A DNA stretch of 64,000 nt from Promethearchaeota archaeon. GTDB taxonomy: Archaea; Asgardarchaeota; Lokiarchaeia; Sigyniarchaeales; SOKP01. Each line of letters opens with the position of its first letter. The first letter of the stretch is position 1. Positions 1 to 10,140 of the stretch are shown here, one piece after another. The position numbers were made by a program, and so were the translations under genes. The notes beneath the pieces were generated by a model, which saw nothing but the letters and a program-made list of their open reading frames with translations, did not search any database and had not been told where the DNA came from. Where the stretch lies: contig JBHLNF010000001.1 of assembly GCA_048937405.1 (NCBI GenBank), forward strand, positions 987,114-1,051,113, in the 5' to 3' direction.

Positions 1-557
1 AAAGGCATTTATTTGCTGAACCCCTCGATATTTTAATTGCTGGGTCTCGAAAAGAAACATTAGCTCAGGTAATTAACATTTTTAAGGATTATCTAAGATC
101 TAAAAAAGTGTTAAATTTTTATCTTGTAGGAGATATTGTTACCAATGATTTTCTATCTAATCAGTTTTTAAAGAGCTTTGTAAAACTCAGTATTATAGAT
201 GAAAAAACTAAAAGAAATCATATTAATATAGAATTTGAAAAATATTTTGAACAAACTTTAGAATTAAAAAATCCTGAAGGAACTATTAATAAGGATTGCT
301 GGAATCTCTTCAGAGAAGTAATCAAATCTGAGAAGAAAACGTTGATTAAGATAATTGAAGGAGAAGAAGACTTATTACTACTTCCCCTCATACTTGAAAT
401 TCCAATAATAGAAGGAGTAAAAAATTTTGCTTTCTATGGACAACCTCCCATTACGGATTCTAATTTCGTGATTCCTCAAGGAATTGTCATAGTTGACATT
501 GATAAAAATATTCAAGAAAAAGTTAAAGAAATTATCTCTATTATGGAAAAATACTGA
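1..557 (+). CDS. DUF359 family protein (GTP-dependent dephospho-CoA kinase), 5'-truncated by window edge
   Basis: Frame is open from base 3 (RHLFAEPLDIL...); motifs VGDIVT, NPEGTI, GEEDLL, YGQP; usual position upstream of rps24e. Confidence 0.85.
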   Translation, partial: RHLFAEPLDILIAGSRKETLAQVINIFKDYLRSKKVLNFYLVGDIVTNDFLSNQFLKSFVKLSIIDEKTKRNHINIEFEKYFEQTLELKNPEGTINKDCWNLFREVIKSEKKTLIKIIEGEEDLLLLPLILEIPIIEGVKNFAFYGQPPITDSNFVIPQGIVIVDIDKNIQEKVKEIISIMEKY

Positions 558-704
558 TTTTAAAAAGATAATTTAGAATTTATGTATATGACTTATTTAC
601 TTTAAAAACCAAAATTTTATTTTTTATCTATTCTTTTGAATGATATAATTTTGTAAAAATTATTTTTTATGATCTAATTTGTCTTAAAAGGCAGTACGTT
701 AAAA

Positions 705-1058
705 ATGACATTGAATATTGAAATAATGGAAGAAAAAAAGAACCCTTTAATTGATCGGACAGAATTAGAAATTAGGATTGATCATTTTGGAGAGGGAACC
801 CCAAATAGATTGGAAGTGAAGAAAAAAATAGCTGCATTACAGGGTAGCGACGAAAAACTAACAATAATAAAAAAACTCGATACTCATTTTGGCAGTTCTC
901 ATACTATTGGAAAAGTATATATTTATGAAAACTCAAAAGATCTTGTTTATTTCGAACCATTTCATATTCAAGTGCGGAATTTTGAAAAGGATAAAAGAAC
1001 AGAAATTTATCAATTGAAAAGGAGACGGGAACCTTTTAAACATCTTTTTGAATATTAA
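705..1058 (+). CDS. rps24e: 30S ribosomal protein S24e
   Basis: NPLIDRTE, GTPNRLEV, THFG motifs; followed by S27ae. Confidence 0.95.
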   Translation: MTLNIEIMEEKKNPLIDRTELEIRIDHFGEGTPNRLEVKKKIAALQGSDEKLTIIKKLDTHFGSSHTIGKVYIYENSKDLVYFEPFHIQVRNFEKDKRTEIYQLKRRREPFKHLFEY

Positions 1059-1083
1059 TTATATAGTATTAAGTGAAAAAAAA

Positions 1084-1290
1084 ATGAATTCCTCAAATTA
1101 TTATAAAATTGAAGGGGGAAAGTTAGTTAGAACTCAAAGATCATGCCCTAAATGTGGGCCAAGCTATTTCTTAGCGAATCACTATGATCGATGGAGTTGT
1201 GGAAAATGCGGATATGCGGTATTCAAGAGAAAAGGACAGCCAAAGGCTAAAACTACAAGAAGATCTCCTCGAAAACGTTCAAAAGCGTAA
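1084..1290 (+). CDS. rps27ae: 30S ribosomal protein S27ae
   Basis: YYKIEGGKL...CPKCG...FLANHYDRWSCGKCGY zinc ribbon; ATG at 1084 preferred to the overlapping TTG at 1048. Confidence 0.95.
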   Translation: MNSSNYYKIEGGKLVRTQRSCPKCGPSYFLANHYDRWSCGKCGYAVFKRKGQPKAKTTRRSPRKRSKA

Positions 1291-1395
1291 AGTAAGATTT
1301 AACTTTAAATAACTTTTAAAAATTAAACTTATTCACCTAATATTACATACTATTAATTCTATCTTCACCTTATAGACTATTACTTTAATGAAAAT

Positions 1396-2412
1396 TTGGC
1401 GAGCTTTATGAGAAAGTTATGTCTTGGAATAGAATCTACTGCTCACACGTTCAGTGTAGGAATTTTAGATTTTGAGGGAAATGTATATAGTCTTATAAAT
1501 GATGTTTATGTCCCTGAAGAAGGGGGTCTCCATCCTGGTTTAGTTAGGGAGCAACATTTAAACAATTTTATGAACATAGTAAATAGTGCTTTAACTGAGG
1601 CTAAAATATCCATAAAAGACATTAATTTGATTGCATTTAGTCAAAGTCCTGGTTTAGGACCTGCGTTAAAAATTGGTGCATGGGTTGCACGTATGTTAAG
1701 CCAATTAGTCAATATTGAAATAGTAGGAGTAAACCATTGTATCGCTCATATTGAAATTGGACGTTTAAAATGTAATATTGAAGATCCACTTACTCTTTAC
1801 GTGAGTGGTGGGAATACAATAGTTAGTGCCTTTGAATCTGAAAGATATCAAATTTTTGGTGAAACTCTTGACTTAGCTATTGGCAATATGATGGATACTT
1901 TTGCTCGTGATGCGGGTTTAAGCCATCCTGGTGGCCCAAAAATTGAAAAATTAGCATTAGATTCAAATAACTATATTGAATTACCTTATGTTGTAAAAGG
2001 TATGGATCTCTCATTTTCTGGTCTTTATACAGCAGCAAAATATCTACTCCAGTCTGAAGACTATGGTACTAAATATAATTTAAATGATGTTGCTTATTCT
2101 TTGCAAGAAACAGCTTTTGGAATGCTAACTGAGGTTACTGAAAGAGCTTTAGCCCATACAGAAAAGCAAGAAGTACTTCTTACAGGAGGGGTAGCAGCAA
2201 ATAAAAGGCTACAGTCTATGATAGAATATATTAGTAAGGAACATGATGCTAGATTCGAAGTCGTTCCTCTAAAATTCGCAGGTGATAATGGAGCAATGAT
2301 TGGTTGGGCAGGGATTTTAAGATATCAATTACAAGGGGGGCATAATATTTCTGATACAATTATTAAACCGAAGCAAAGAATGGATCAAATTACAGTTCCT
2401 TGGAGGCACTAA
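1396..2412 (+). CDS. kae1: KEOPS t6A threonylcarbamoyltransferase Kae1
   Basis: LGIESTAHT, VNHCIAHIE, LYVSGGNT, GGVAAN, DNGAMI; start may be ATG 1408. Confidence 0.96.
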   Translation: MASFMRKLCLGIESTAHTFSVGILDFEGNVYSLINDVYVPEEGGLHPGLVREQHLNNFMNIVNSALTEAKISIKDINLIAFSQSPGLGPALKIGAWVARMLSQLVNIEIVGVNHCIAHIEIGRLKCNIEDPLTLYVSGGNTIVSAFESERYQIFGETLDLAIGNMMDTFARDAGLSHPGGPKIEKLALDSNNYIELPYVVKGMDLSFSGLYTAAKYLLQSEDYGTKYNLNDVAYSLQETAFGMLTEVTERALAHTEKQEVLLTGGVAANKRLQSMIEYISKEHDARFEVVPLKFAGDNGAMIGWAGILRYQLQGGHNISDTIIKPKQRMDQITVPWRH

Positions 2413-2418
2413 CTAACC

Positions 2419-3096
2419 TTGAGTTCTAATGTAAAGAAAGAAAAAGTCATTAAAAAAGGAGCTGAAGCAAGTCTTTATTATGGACATTGGTTTGGGAAAG
2501 AAGTAATATTTAAGTATAGAATTCCAAAAAAATATCGTATAAAAGAATTGGATAAATCAATTAGAACGCAAAGAACATTAAACGAAGCCAAAGCGTTGAT
2601 AAAAGTCAAAACATATGGTATTAATGTACCTCAAGTTTTTGAGATTGATTCAGTTAATTCCACAATAGTTATGAAATATATACAAGGTAATCGATTAAAA
2701 GATATTTTATCTGAATTAGATGATGATCTCAAGAAAAAATATTTCAATGATCTTGGCAGGATAATAGCAGTTTTGCATAGAAATGGACATATTCATGGTG
2801 ATATTACTACGAGTAATATAATTATCACTCCTGAAAATCATATTTTTCTCATAGATTTTGGCTTACATGAATATTCTAATACAATAGAAGATAAAAGCGT
2901 TGATCTACATCTCCTAAAGAGAGTTTTAATCTCCTCACATGGGTTTGAAAATTATAAATTTTGTTTTTATGCGTTTCTCGAGGGATATAGGTTAGAATAT
3001 GAAAAGATGGAAGATGATGAGTGTGATAAAATTATTAAAAACATTAATTCCATTGAGTCTCGCGGGAGATATATAGATTCCGAAGATAGATTATAA
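2419..3096 (+). CDS. bud32: KEOPS kinase/ATPase Bud32
   Basis: KGAEA, HGDITTSN, IDFGL, C-terminal RGRY; directly after kae1. Confidence 0.95.
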   Translation: MSSNVKKEKVIKKGAEASLYYGHWFGKEVIFKYRIPKKYRIKELDKSIRTQRTLNEAKALIKVKTYGINVPQVFEIDSVNSTIVMKYIQGNRLKDILSELDDDLKKKYFNDLGRIIAVLHRNGHIHGDITTSNIIITPENHIFLIDFGLHEYSNTIEDKSVDLHLLKRVLISSHGFENYKFCFYAFLEGYRLEYEKMEDDECDKIIKNINSIESRGRYIDSEDRL

Positions 3097-3407
3097 ATTT
3101 TATCCTAACTTATTCATTTTGTCTAATAGAAGCAAAATGAAAATCTTAAAATATTTTCATCTAAACTATTAATTCAGTTGATAAAGTGTTCATCTAATTA
3201 AATAAATTAACTAAATAGTGTATATCTGATTTAGACTACTTTAAATACTCCAAATCATACCAATTAACTTTATATACATGTTATACTTATAATACAATAT
3301 TGAAAAGAGTGAATAAATTAAGGGGCAAAGAATATATCTACATTCTAATTCACTTTTGACATAAAAAATAGGAGAATTTCAGATATAATTTCCGTGGAAA
3401 TAAGTCA

Positions 3408-3617
3408 ATGTCAGAAACTGAAAATTTGAAAAAAAAAAAGAAAATGGTTAATATTACCATAAATTTACCCGAAATCTATGACAAAAATATTAAAAAATTG
3501 ATTGGTATGAAGGTTTGTTCATCCCGAAGTGAAGCAATAAGAAACGCATTAAGAGATTTCCTTCATAAAGAATATAAAAATCTTAAATTATTAGGATTTT
3601 TTGAAGAATCATCCTAA
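3408..3617 (+). CDS. Ribbon-helix-helix (CopG/MetJ-like) DNA-binding protein
   Basis: NITINLP...SRSEAIRNALRDFL pattern. Confidence 0.85.
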   Translation: MSETENLKKKKKMVNITINLPEIYDKNIKKLIGMKVCSSRSEAIRNALRDFLHKEYKNLKLLGFFEESS

Positions 3618-3711
3618 GAAGCTAATCTCTTCGGATTTACTCCTACTTAAGATTTATAACACTAGTTTACTTACTAATTTATTATCCTTATGAACTACTT
3701 AGAGAAATAAA

Positions 3712-4299
3712 ATGCAATTATATCTAATAACGGAATCTGGATCTTTAAGAAAAGTCAATAGAGTAGATTTTAATGAAAACAAAGTATTTCTAATTGATGA
3801 TATTAGAACATTATATTTATGGTTTGGATTAAAAGCTTCTGAGAAAAAAAAAAAAATAAGTCTTGAAAGAATCGATAAATTGAAAGCTCAAAGAAAAAAA
3901 ACACCAGAACTTATAGTGTTAAATCAAAATAAAGAGTATGGTTCATTTTTAGCGATTATGGATGTTATAAGAAAAGGGTTGGATGTTGGTGCTGCTCTTG
4001 AAAGAAGACCTGAATTAAAAATTCAATACAATGATACTCAAGAACTTATCGAGGCGGGAATAGATCCAGATTTTGAAGGTGAAATTACTATTGCTGCCCA
4101 CAATCTTGCTCAAGAAAACCACTCTTATGAAGATTTATGCAAAAAACTAGCTGAAATACAAATGAGATTAATAAAAGAGGATGCATCTGAAAAAGAAATT
4201 GAGAAAAAAACAGAGAAAATATATAAATCTTCATCAACATATGAAGAACTCTGCTGGTTGATTGCTGAATTAAGCAAACTTCTTGAGAGAAAACCTTAA
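3712..4299 (+). CDS. Single gelsolin-like domain protein with helical C-terminal extension
   Basis: KVFLIDDIRTLYLWFGLKAS matches the gelsolin repeat core (VFILD...IYVWxG); C-terminal repeated SYEDLC/TYEELCWLIAE helices. Confidence 0.65.
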   Translation: MQLYLITESGSLRKVNRVDFNENKVFLIDDIRTLYLWFGLKASEKKKKISLERIDKLKAQRKKTPELIVLNQNKEYGSFLAIMDVIRKGLDVGAALERRPELKIQYNDTQELIEAGIDPDFEGEITIAAHNLAQENHSYEDLCKKLAEIQMRLIKEDASEKEIEKKTEKIYKSSSTYEELCWLIAELSKLLERKP

Positions 4300-4301
4300 T
4301 T

Positions 4302-4814
4302 TTAGTCAACTGCTTTAATTTTAATTGTAATATGTATATCTTCTTTAGAAAAATTAATATGTTTATTAAAAAGTTTATTAATAGCTTTTATATAAATTCC
4401 ATTTCTTCCAACTGCGATATGATATGTATTTAAATATTTCAAGAAACATATATTTATCTCATATTTTCCTTCTTTATCATTTATTTCAATTCTAACATCA
4501 TGTATACACAAATCTGGAAATAGATTAAAAAGTAAATTTAATAAAATATTATCTAACCTAATTATTGAAATTTTTTTTATAATTTTATGTCTTAAAGAGT
4601 TTAAATAAGTTTTTGCTTCAAAATATCTATCCTGTTTTATAAAAAGAAATATAAATTCATCATCTTCAACATTTATGATGATTATATGTGAAGGGTCTAT
4701 TTTTGTCTTGTCGTAGAAATATTTGTAGAGTTTAAGTTCATAATTAGAATATTTTATATTATCAATGGCTAATACTTGATAAAGAATTAAATCATCGAGA
4801 ATCGTGTAAAACAT
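4302..4814 (-). CDS. NusA-like KH-domain protein
   Basis: NLFPD...IAVGRNGIYIKAINKL resembles the archaeal NusA KH GxxG loop; divergent. Confidence 0.6.
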   Translation of the reverse strand: MFYTILDDLILYQVLAIDNIKYSNYELKLYKYFYDKTKIDPSHIIIINVEDDEFIFLFIKQDRYFEAKTYLNSLRHKIIKKISIIRLDNILLNLLFNLFPDLCIHDVRIEINDKEGKYEINICFLKYLNTYHIAVGRNGIYIKAINKLFNKHINFSKEDIHITIKIKAVD

Positions 4815-4916
4815 ATAATTGTTTTTTAGGATGTATTTTTAAAGTACGAGAAAAATAGTAATTATAATTACCTTAAAAAAAAGCTCTCTTTTCATTTAAG
4901 GTAATAATAAATTCAA

Positions 4917-5462
4917 TCAACCAATCAAATTATAGAACTTAGCGAGTAAAAAGGCATTCACGGTCGAACTGTGAATAATATCACCATTTCTAATTAAATT
5001 ATGTATTTCTTCAATGGTGAATTCATATACTGAAATAATTTCATTTGGATCTATCGGTTCTGAATTATTTTTTTTTACTTTAGCAAAATATAGGTAATTC
5101 CAAACAGTATTAAGAAAAGATATTCTTGTTTTTCCTAAAAAAGTAATACTTTCCACCTTATAACCTGTTTCTTCTTCTGTTTCTCTTATTGCTGCTTCCT
5201 CAGGTTTCTCAGCTTTATCAATCATACCACCTACGGAAGTTTTTGTTTTTATTTGCCATGGATATGGGTATGAGTCTACAAGAATAATTTTATTATCAAC
5301 TGTCTGGCAAATAATTGTAACAAAATCTCTCCCTTCAATAACAACATATTCCGTTTGTTGACCATCTGGTTTTAATACTAAATCATTTCTCAAACCAATG
5401 AAACGATTTCGAAATATAACTCTTTCCTCTAATTGCCTCCAAATATAAAATTTTTGGTTCAT
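4917..5462 (-). CDS. Nudix hydrolase (ADP-ribose pyrophosphatase-like)
   Basis: Nudix box GGMIDKAEKPEEAAIRETEEETGY. Confidence 0.9.
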   Translation of the reverse strand: MNQKFYIWRQLEERVIFRNRFIGLRNDLVLKPDGQQTEYVVIEGRDFVTIICQTVDNKIILVDSYPYPWQIKTKTSVGGMIDKAEKPEEAAIRETEEETGYKVESITFLGKTRISFLNTVWNYLYFAKVKKNNSEPIDPNEIISVYEFTIEEIHNLIRNGDIIHSSTVNAFLLAKFYNLIG

Positions 5463-5596
5463 ATCATATTCAATGATTTATATTATTATATTTCTATTTA
5501 TCAGAAAAAACCCAAATCTTTCTATTACAATGGTAATAATTTAATTCAATTTTTGAATATCTTATTTCTGCAGTACTCTATAAAACTAAATATCTA

Positions 5597-7321
5597 TTAT
5601 ATTGCATTGCTAACTCCAATTGCATTTGAAATAACAGCAGCAAAGAAAATTTGAACTATTGTAAATGATATCAAAACAACAGGATAGAAAGCTTTCACGT
5701 TCTGAAATATCTTAGTATTTTGAATTATTATCAACAGAAGAACTATATACATAAATAAAACGGAGGGAAAATAAGACAATTGATTTGTTAATGTCATCAA
5801 AGTTATCATCAGTATAATTGCAGTGATTATTAAAACCCTATTCTTAGAATTCTCCGATTTTAAGAACTTTAACCTTGGATAAATCACTTTTCTTAGAAGT
5901 ATTTCTATTGAGAGAAATACTGGAAGAGCAATGTAACTTAACATAAAATCTAAAACGAAATTTGATGGCCAAATAAAACCAAATGGATAATAAAAAGAGA
6001 ACAGCATATATATAGCTATGAAATAACTTGCCGATATTAGATTAAAAATCAGGTAACTCAATTTAAATTGGTTTTTTATCATTTTTTTCAAGTTAATTAA
6101 ATAACTTCTGTTTTTTAACTTTCTTAAGAGATTTATAATTCTTATTACAGTGAAAACTAGAAGCATAAGTAATGAAGCGTATAAAATTCCCTTTAATCCA
6201 TAGAGCTTTTCAAACAAAACCCAATTAAGTAAAAATGCTCCAATGTAAATAATTGTCATTAAAATTAACTTTTGCTGATTTAAATCACTTACCGTTAATT
6301 TAGGGTTTATTAAATTATAATTTTCAAACAATTTTTCCTTTCTAAAGAAAATTCGACTCGATATTGAAATTAGGGAAATAACGCTAATAAATATGATAAT
6401 AATGTTTATGAAAATTAACACATAATTATAATAGAATGTAATAAATATGTGTCCATTAATATTAGGTGACCCAAAAAAATGATTTTCAAACCAGTTTATT
6501 GATTCAATAAGTACTTCATCTGAGAAAAGTTGGTGTCCCCCACCTAACAAAAAGCCCTTTATTGGAATTACTGTACAATTTGTTAACTCTTGGGCTTTTA
6601 GAGCATTATCTGTAAAATCCAATGCTTCATCATCAACATGCATGATGATTAGTAAATTTTGAGTATTTTGTTCATTCAGTAAATTAATCGGAATGTAATT
6701 GATAAATTGGTCGTTATATACAAATCCATATCTTGGTGGTGTAAAATTTATAAGTGGAGCTAAGGCGACTATTACTTGAAATCGTGGATCTAATGCTTGA
6801 TTCATAAGTACTACCATTCCACCAAGTGAATGACCAATAAGTCCAATTTGAGATCTATCTACATCTTTATAAAAAGATAATGTTTCTAATTTATCTAATA
6901 AGTTAGAACAATCCTGAGCTAACGCAGGAATACCAGTAATGGGGTCTATATTATTTATATTCCCTCCGCTCTCACCATGTCCTTGATAATCTAGAGCCGT
7001 AACATAAAACCCTCTCTTACTAAATTCGATTGGAATCCTAAGATCGAAATCTCGTTTAGATCCTATACCATGACAATAAATAATTAAAGGATATTTTTCC
7101 TGGAATTCCAAAGATTTTGAAGGATAATATAAATTTGCATAGAGAGTTGCCCCAGATGATTCAAATTGGACACGTTCATATCGATCATAACTCTGGGATT
7201 TATTTAATTGGAGTGCAGTTAATGTTATAATTAGAATAATAATAAAAACTAAAATTTTTTTAAGATGATGATAGTCTTTATGCGTCATCTCACCAACAAT
7301 AATAAACTCAGATTCTTCCAA
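5597..7321 (-). CDS. Alpha/beta hydrolase with N-terminal anchor and multi-pass C-terminal membrane domain
   Basis: HGIGS, DYQGHGES, GHSLGG nucleophile elbow; several hydrophobic helices at C-terminus. Confidence 0.85.
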   Translation of the reverse strand: MEESEFIIVGEMTHKDYHHLKKILVFIIILIITLTALQLNKSQSYDRYERVQFESSGATLYANLYYPSKSLEFQEKYPLIIYCHGIGSKRDFDLRIPIEFSKRGFYVTALDYQGHGESGGNINNIDPITGIPALAQDCSNLLDKLETLSFYKDVDRSQIGLIGHSLGGMVVLMNQALDPRFQVIVALAPLINFTPPRYGFVYNDQFINYIPINLLNEQNTQNLLIIMHVDDEALDFTDNALKAQELTNCTVIPIKGFLLGGGHQLFSDEVLIESINWFENHFFGSPNINGHIFITFYYNYVLIFINIIIIFISVISLISISSRIFFRKEKLFENYNLINPKLTVSDLNQQKLILMTIIYIGAFLLNWVLFEKLYGLKGILYASLLMLLVFTVIRIINLLRKLKNRSYLINLKKMIKNQFKLSYLIFNLISASYFIAIYMLFSFYYPFGFIWPSNFVLDFMLSYIALPVFLSIEILLRKVIYPRLKFLKSENSKNRVLIITAIILMITLMTLTNQLSYFPSVLFMYIVLLLIIIQNTKIFQNVKAFYPVVLISFTIVQIFFAAVISNAIGVSNAI

Positions 7322-7623
7322 AACAGGTGTTTGTTTTTTTGAGATAATTTTTTGTCACCTTTCACAAGTTTTGAAATTTACAAACTTCCAATAAAAAGAT
7401 ATGAAATTGCATATTTAAATGTTTTCACAAGATTTGAAAAATAAAACAAAAATTAATAAGATGAATGTATGTTTACATAATTTTTTTCTTAAAAGTCTTC
7501 ATCTATTTGCTAATGATATGCGTAAATCAATTAGTAATTAAACTCACTAAAAGTCATCTTTAATAGAATAGATTAAAATATAACTAATGTTAGTATTTAT
7601 TAATAATTTGATGTGAAATTATT

Positions 7624-9291
7624 ATGAAGTTGATTAAAGGATTTCCAGCTGAACCAGAAGGAACATATAACTATCAATTAAATGTTATTAACTTTATAAA
7701 ACATGCGATGAGAAATTATGCAAGACAAGAAATAATTAGTAGAAAACATGATGGTACTCTTTTTAGGTATACATATAAGGAGTCATATGAAAGAATGCAA
7801 AGATTAGCAAATGCATTAGAATCGATTGGAGTAAAAGTAGCTGATCGTGTTGGTGTTTTAGCATGGAATACTCACCAGCATTATGAGATATATTATGGAT
7901 TACCTGGAATTGGCGCTGTAATGGTTACTTTAAATTTACGTCTTGCTCCCCAAGATTTAGTGTATATAGTAAATCACTCCGGAACAAGTTATCTAATTGT
8001 CGATGAGGATTTAATTCAAATAGCTGAGAGCATAGCACCTTCATGTGACAATATAAAAGGCTATATTATTATTACTGAGAAGAATATAAACGAAGTGGAA
8101 ACAAATCTAAACCCTATTTATAGTTATGAAGATATTTTAAATAAAGCATCACCAGAATATGAATGGATAAATCTTGATGAAAATTCCGCTTATGCTGCAT
8201 GTTATACTACGGGTACCACTGGTAAACCAAAAGGTGTTTATTATTCACATCGAAATTTGTACTTACAAACGATGATGTTTGCATCTTTTTTTTCATTTAC
8301 TGTAAATGATGTTGTTTTGCAGTTAGTACCAATGTTCCATGTTTTGGGGTGGTCAATGCCACACTCTGCTACTTATGTTGGGGCTAAAATAATTTTCTCT
8401 GGAAAGTGGAATTTGAATGATGTTGAGGAACTTACAAAAATTATGGTTCAAGAAAATGTTTCTCTTACTGGGGCTGTTCCAGCAGTTTTCATGACAATGC
8501 TAGAATTTATTAAAAAAATGAAAGAAAAGCCAGATTTTACTGGAGCTCGTTTTATCTGTGGTGGTTCTGAACCTCCAATTACTTTAATGCGTGGCTTTTG
8601 GGATGAAACTGGAGGAGAAATAATTCATTCTTACGGTTCTACGGAAGCTATGTCAAATACTACCCAAAACTCATTTAAACCATGGCTTAAAGAAGATCTT
8701 ACAGAAGAAGAACTATGGGAACTAAAGAAAAAACAAGGTATAATCGTCTCTGGAATTGATGTTAAAATTGTTGATGAGAATGGTAATGAACTCCCTCATG
8801 ATGGAAAAACTTCAGGAGAAGTTCTTTTCCGTGGACCTTGGATTACTAGAAGCTATTATAATGCACCACATACAATTAATAGTTTTACTGAAGAAGGATT
8901 TTATAGAAGTGGTGATGCTGGCTGTCTTGACTCAGAAGGATATCTTAAGATTACTGATAGAATAAAGGATGTAATTAAAAGTGGTGGAGAATGGATTAGC
9001 TCAATTGATATGGAAAACTCACTAGTATCACATCCGGGAGTATTAGAAGCAGCCGTTATAGGTATTCCTCATCCAAAATGGGATGAAAGACCTTTAGCTT
9101 TAGTGGTTTTACGAGATGGATTTCAATCCATAAATAAAGAGGAAATTCATGGTTATCTTGCCAAAACCTTTGCTAAGTGGCAATTGCCCGAAGAAATTTT
9201 ATTTGTGGAGGCAATCCCCAGAACTAGCGTAGGGAAACTTGATAAAAAACTAATGCGAATTAAATATCAAGACTTATATACAAAAAGTTAA
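7624..9291 (+). CDS. Long/medium-chain fatty-acid-CoA ligase (ANL superfamily)
   Basis: YTTGTTGKPKG, YGSTE, SGDAG, DRIKDVIKSGGEWISS, PRTSVGK. Confidence 0.93.
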   Translation: MKLIKGFPAEPEGTYNYQLNVINFIKHAMRNYARQEIISRKHDGTLFRYTYKESYERMQRLANALESIGVKVADRVGVLAWNTHQHYEIYYGLPGIGAVMVTLNLRLAPQDLVYIVNHSGTSYLIVDEDLIQIAESIAPSCDNIKGYIIITEKNINEVETNLNPIYSYEDILNKASPEYEWINLDENSAYAACYTTGTTGKPKGVYYSHRNLYLQTMMFASFFSFTVNDVVLQLVPMFHVLGWSMPHSATYVGAKIIFSGKWNLNDVEELTKIMVQENVSLTGAVPAVFMTMLEFIKKMKEKPDFTGARFICGGSEPPITLMRGFWDETGGEIIHSYGSTEAMSNTTQNSFKPWLKEDLTEEELWELKKKQGIIVSGIDVKIVDENGNELPHDGKTSGEVLFRGPWITRSYYNAPHTINSFTEEGFYRSGDAGCLDSEGYLKITDRIKDVIKSGGEWISSIDMENSLVSHPGVLEAAVIGIPHPKWDERPLALVVLRDGFQSINKEEIHGYLAKTFAKWQLPEEILFVEAIPRTSVGKLDKKLMRIKYQDLYTKS

Positions 9292-9352
9292 GAATATAAA
9301 TTTAAACTCTATTTTGTTCAAATAAGCAATACTTTTCTATTAAATTAGAGTT

Positions 9353-9598
9353 CTATCTTCTTCCCCGAATTTTACGAGCTTCTCGTTCTACTTCGCGTAG
9401 AATTACGATGTCATCCATCCGAATTGGACCTTTCACATTACGAGTGAGAATTCGATTTTTATCTGGACCTTCAAGAATACGAACTTTAATTTGAGTAATT
9501 TCCCCCGTGAGACCAGTACGTCCAATTACTTGAATTACTTGAGCTGGAATAGATTGATCTTGAACTGTAACACCTTTTGATTTGTCTAATTTTACCAA
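9353..9598 (-). CDS. rps28e: 30S ribosomal protein S28e
   Basis: [18 protein letters not shown]...RNVKGPIR..D...LREVEREAR; TTG start with GGTGA upstream. Confidence 0.96.
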   Translation of the reverse strand: MVKLDKSKGVTVQDQSIPAQVIQVIGRTGLTGEITQIKVRILEGPDKNRILTRNVKGPIRMDDIVILREVEREARKIRGRR

Positions 9599-9616
9599 AT
9601 ATCATCACCAAAACAA

Positions 9617-9988
9617 TTATTTTTTTATCTCTTCAATTTTTTTAACAACATCATTTAATGCGTTTTCATTTCCAGAGCCGACATTTTCAATAGCAATTGC
9701 ACTTGAAGATACATTGATTCTAATCACATTTCCAAGTTCTTTTTTAGTTGATAAATAACCATAGGGAATTCCTTTCTCTTCACAGAGAAGTGGAATGTGA
9801 AATAAAATTTCTGGAGGAGTTACATCTTCAGCCATAACAACCAATTTTGCTTGAACTCTTTCAATAGATTTAGTTACTTCATTCATACCTTTTCTAATTT
9901 TTGAATCTCTTGTTTCTGCTATTGTTGTTAAAGTATTCTTGAGCTGATTTTTTAACTTTTCAGGTATTTTAAATTTAACATATGAAAT
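9617..9988 (-). CDS. rpl7ae: 50S ribosomal protein L7Ae, probably starting at ATT (9988-9986), 123 aa
   Basis: Frame continues upstream of the tracked ATG through IRKG and SYVKFKIPE, the conserved L7Ae N-terminus; in-frame TGA at 9997-9995; no ATG/GTG/TTG in that stretch. Confidence 0.93.
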   Translation of the reverse strand: MSYVKFKIPEKLKNQLKNTLTTIAETRDSKIRKGMNEVTKSIERVQAKLVVMAEDVTPPEILFHIPLLCEEKGIPYGYLSTKKELGNVIRINVSSSAIAIENVGSGNENALNDVVKKIEEIKK

Positions 9989-9994
9989 CTTTAT

Positions 9995-10036
9995 TCATCT
10001 CCTTCAAATATATTTAATTAAAGATATATTTTCATA
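9995..10036 (-). promoter_or_regulatory. rpl7ae leader: SD-like GGAGATGA plus GA-flanked hairpin (possible kink-turn)
   Basis: mRNA reads UAU-GA-AAAUAUAU-loop(10)-AUAUAUUU-GA-AGGAGAUGA; 8-bp stem closed by GA on both strands; canonical stem weak. Confidence 0.4.
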
Positions 10037-10140
10037 AATCATCGATTTATTATAATGAAACTAATTGGGGAAATTAAATAAAATTTTTCATTTAGGTAAA
10101 AAACCTAAAAATTTTTTTAAAATGAATCGTTTGATAGTTT

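Noticed and set aside
10091-10109. tttaggt-N5-acctaaa inverted repeat between rpl7ae and rpoN
   Set aside because: Only 7 bp in AT-rich DNA, with no second copy to mark an element end
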